A program made the translations under genes and the position numbers. DNA of 64,000 nucleotides from Leucoraja ocellata (lineage: Eukaryota), in contig JAWMAR010000069.1 of NCBI GenBank assembly GCA_036785375.1, positions 7,192,001-7,256,000 of the forward strand. Reading direction: 5' to 3'. How positions within the stretch are numbered: position 1 is the first letter of the stretch; the number at the start of each line of letters is the position of its first letter. The notes beneath the pieces were generated by a model. That model ran no database searches. It saw nothing but the letters and a program-made list of their open reading frames with translations, and was not told where the DNA came from. Shown in pieces: positions 62,181 to 64,000 of this stretch.

Positions 62181-64000
62181 ACCATTACCTGACCTGATAT
62201 TCACCTCTATGTATATTAAGAAAGCTTGTTAATTTTCAATAGAAAATGGCGTTGTCAAATTCATTGGCAATATTCAACTGGAATTTGTAGAGAAAACCAA
62301 GCAGATGGTTGTTGACGTGTTTGCAAAATATAAACAGATTGGTGGTTTAAAAGTTTGTAGTGCTATGGTCAAAGACAATATTCAATATATGGCAGCACAG
62401 AGTTTCACTGCAGCAATACACAGCAGTAAAGAGTTCCACTGAAACAACATAAGATAACCAAGTGAAATGATTCAATTTATCTTCTGTATTAAATTTCAAA
62501 ACCGATTACTATTCAATTATATTTTGTCTCAACACATTTTACGGCACTGTGAAACCAGTGAAAAATAATGAAAGTCATTAGTTTAAGTTTAATATTTTGA
62601 AGGTAATCATTGCCACAAGGTCAGTGTCTCCAATGACAAGACGTTGATGCTGATTTATAATAATTCTGTTACATTTCTGGAAATTCTTTTCGGGAATAAA
62701 GAGCCTCATGCAGTATTTTTTCCCCCCAGTTTTATTTCTATGTTGGTCTGTAGAACAGACTGAATGCAAACTCTGTTGACACTTTTTTTTTGTAATCTGC
62801 TTCCCCTGTCTCCATTCTGCAAACTACTGTACTTAATCTCAGCTGTCTGGCAATCATCTCCCAGGCATTACTGAATTCATTCTAAAGTGCTTCCCAGGCT
62901 CAGCTGATCAAAATCTCCCCTCCCTTTAGGCCGAGGGCCTTTTCCCTTCATGTATGGCATGCATATTCAGACATTCCATGGAATGTGGATCACACAATCC
63001 AGCTTTATAGACCTGTATATTACATTGAATGGAAACTGATATTGAAAGAAACATTGCAAGTGACTTAATGTTATATTGTGTTTTAAAATGCAGATGGCAT
63101 ATACTCTTGCAATGAGGCTCCTGGACATAATTGGAGTCTATTTTAAGGAAAGGCATTAGTTTGAATGGAATGAAAAAAATTATCTTCATGAGCTCTGTTT
63201 CTCAACTAAGTCAGAACATTTTTAATCACATCAGCCTGTAAATGTAATCACCCTGTGCTGCATTATTTAATATTATACAGATGGAAATTGACCTCCTGGT
63301 GTTTGCAAGCTGTTTCAAGTCACTCTAACAAGCCTCCCTCTCTGCCTGAGCCTTCTGTTGAACAGCATCATCTCATTGATGCGAGTCCTGGGTTCCCATT
63401 ACAGCCTACAGCTCCACAACTGCAAACACTGCACCAAATCCACAAACCTGATACTGACCACACAGTAGAGGAACCTTCAGCGGAGGTTCATAAGAACAGG
63501 AGAAATCATTCGGCCTTTAGATCCATGTAGACGTCAATTAATTCATAGCTGATTAACACTTCATGGCCTCCAGGACCTGCAATTCCATATTGGAGCAAAT
63601 GGCTGTTTTAAGTTAGTCATCTCTATTTTGTACGTATCTCTATTTTGCAGACATTTCTAGTTCCACTTCTACCTTTCATTGGACAAATAAAAACATTTAT
63701 TTACTAAGATTTCTTCCGAATAGCTGGAATTTAATTTTAAGGTTCTTCCCCTCTCCCCCCCTTCCCCCCTCACCCCCCCCCCCCCCCCCCCCACCCCCCA
63801 CCTGTCTCAGACTCAAACACCAACAGTAACAGATTCCCCTCCATTCGTTCTGTTAATTTCATTCAAAATCCTAAAAAAAAGCAGAAACTAATTCTATGTT
63901 ATCATTCTTGACTTCATGACTATTGTCCATATGATCTCTATCTGTTATTTTAATCCTTCAGTTTGGGAATATTCTGGTCAATCCTAAAGGCACAATGTTC

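Overview
This is eukaryotic, AT-rich, repeat-dense DNA. Its repeats (HE1-type V-SINEs, HER1/CR1 LINEs, Rex1/Babar LINEs, Penelope-like elements) point to a cartilaginous fish, probably a skate or ray (inference). The only convincing host gene feature is a CpG-island promoter with a 61-nt signal-peptide first coding exon (17200-17260, +, MHISVCGIVLIGMALLLISQ, phase-1 donor). The remaining ~47 kb reads as its large first intron, and the gene cannot be named from this exon. Most ORFs in the track are spurious or TE remnants. The most striking item is a 136-bp retroposed element (1928-2063, -) with a perfect 10-bp TSD, whose first 54 nt fold into a minimal HDV/CPEB3-like self-cleaving ribozyme with the predicted cleavage site at the element's 5' end. 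It looks like a ribozyme-headed, promoter-less SINE. Also present: many short Penelope pLTR units with minimal hammerhead motifs and their own TSDs; several fold-back junctions; three PIF/Harbinger-type MITEs sharing termini; GC-rich non-coding retroelements with Rex1-type tails and unrelated bodies; and a 200-N gap. All TE family names come from sequence recognition, not database searches, and boundaries of old repeats are approximate.
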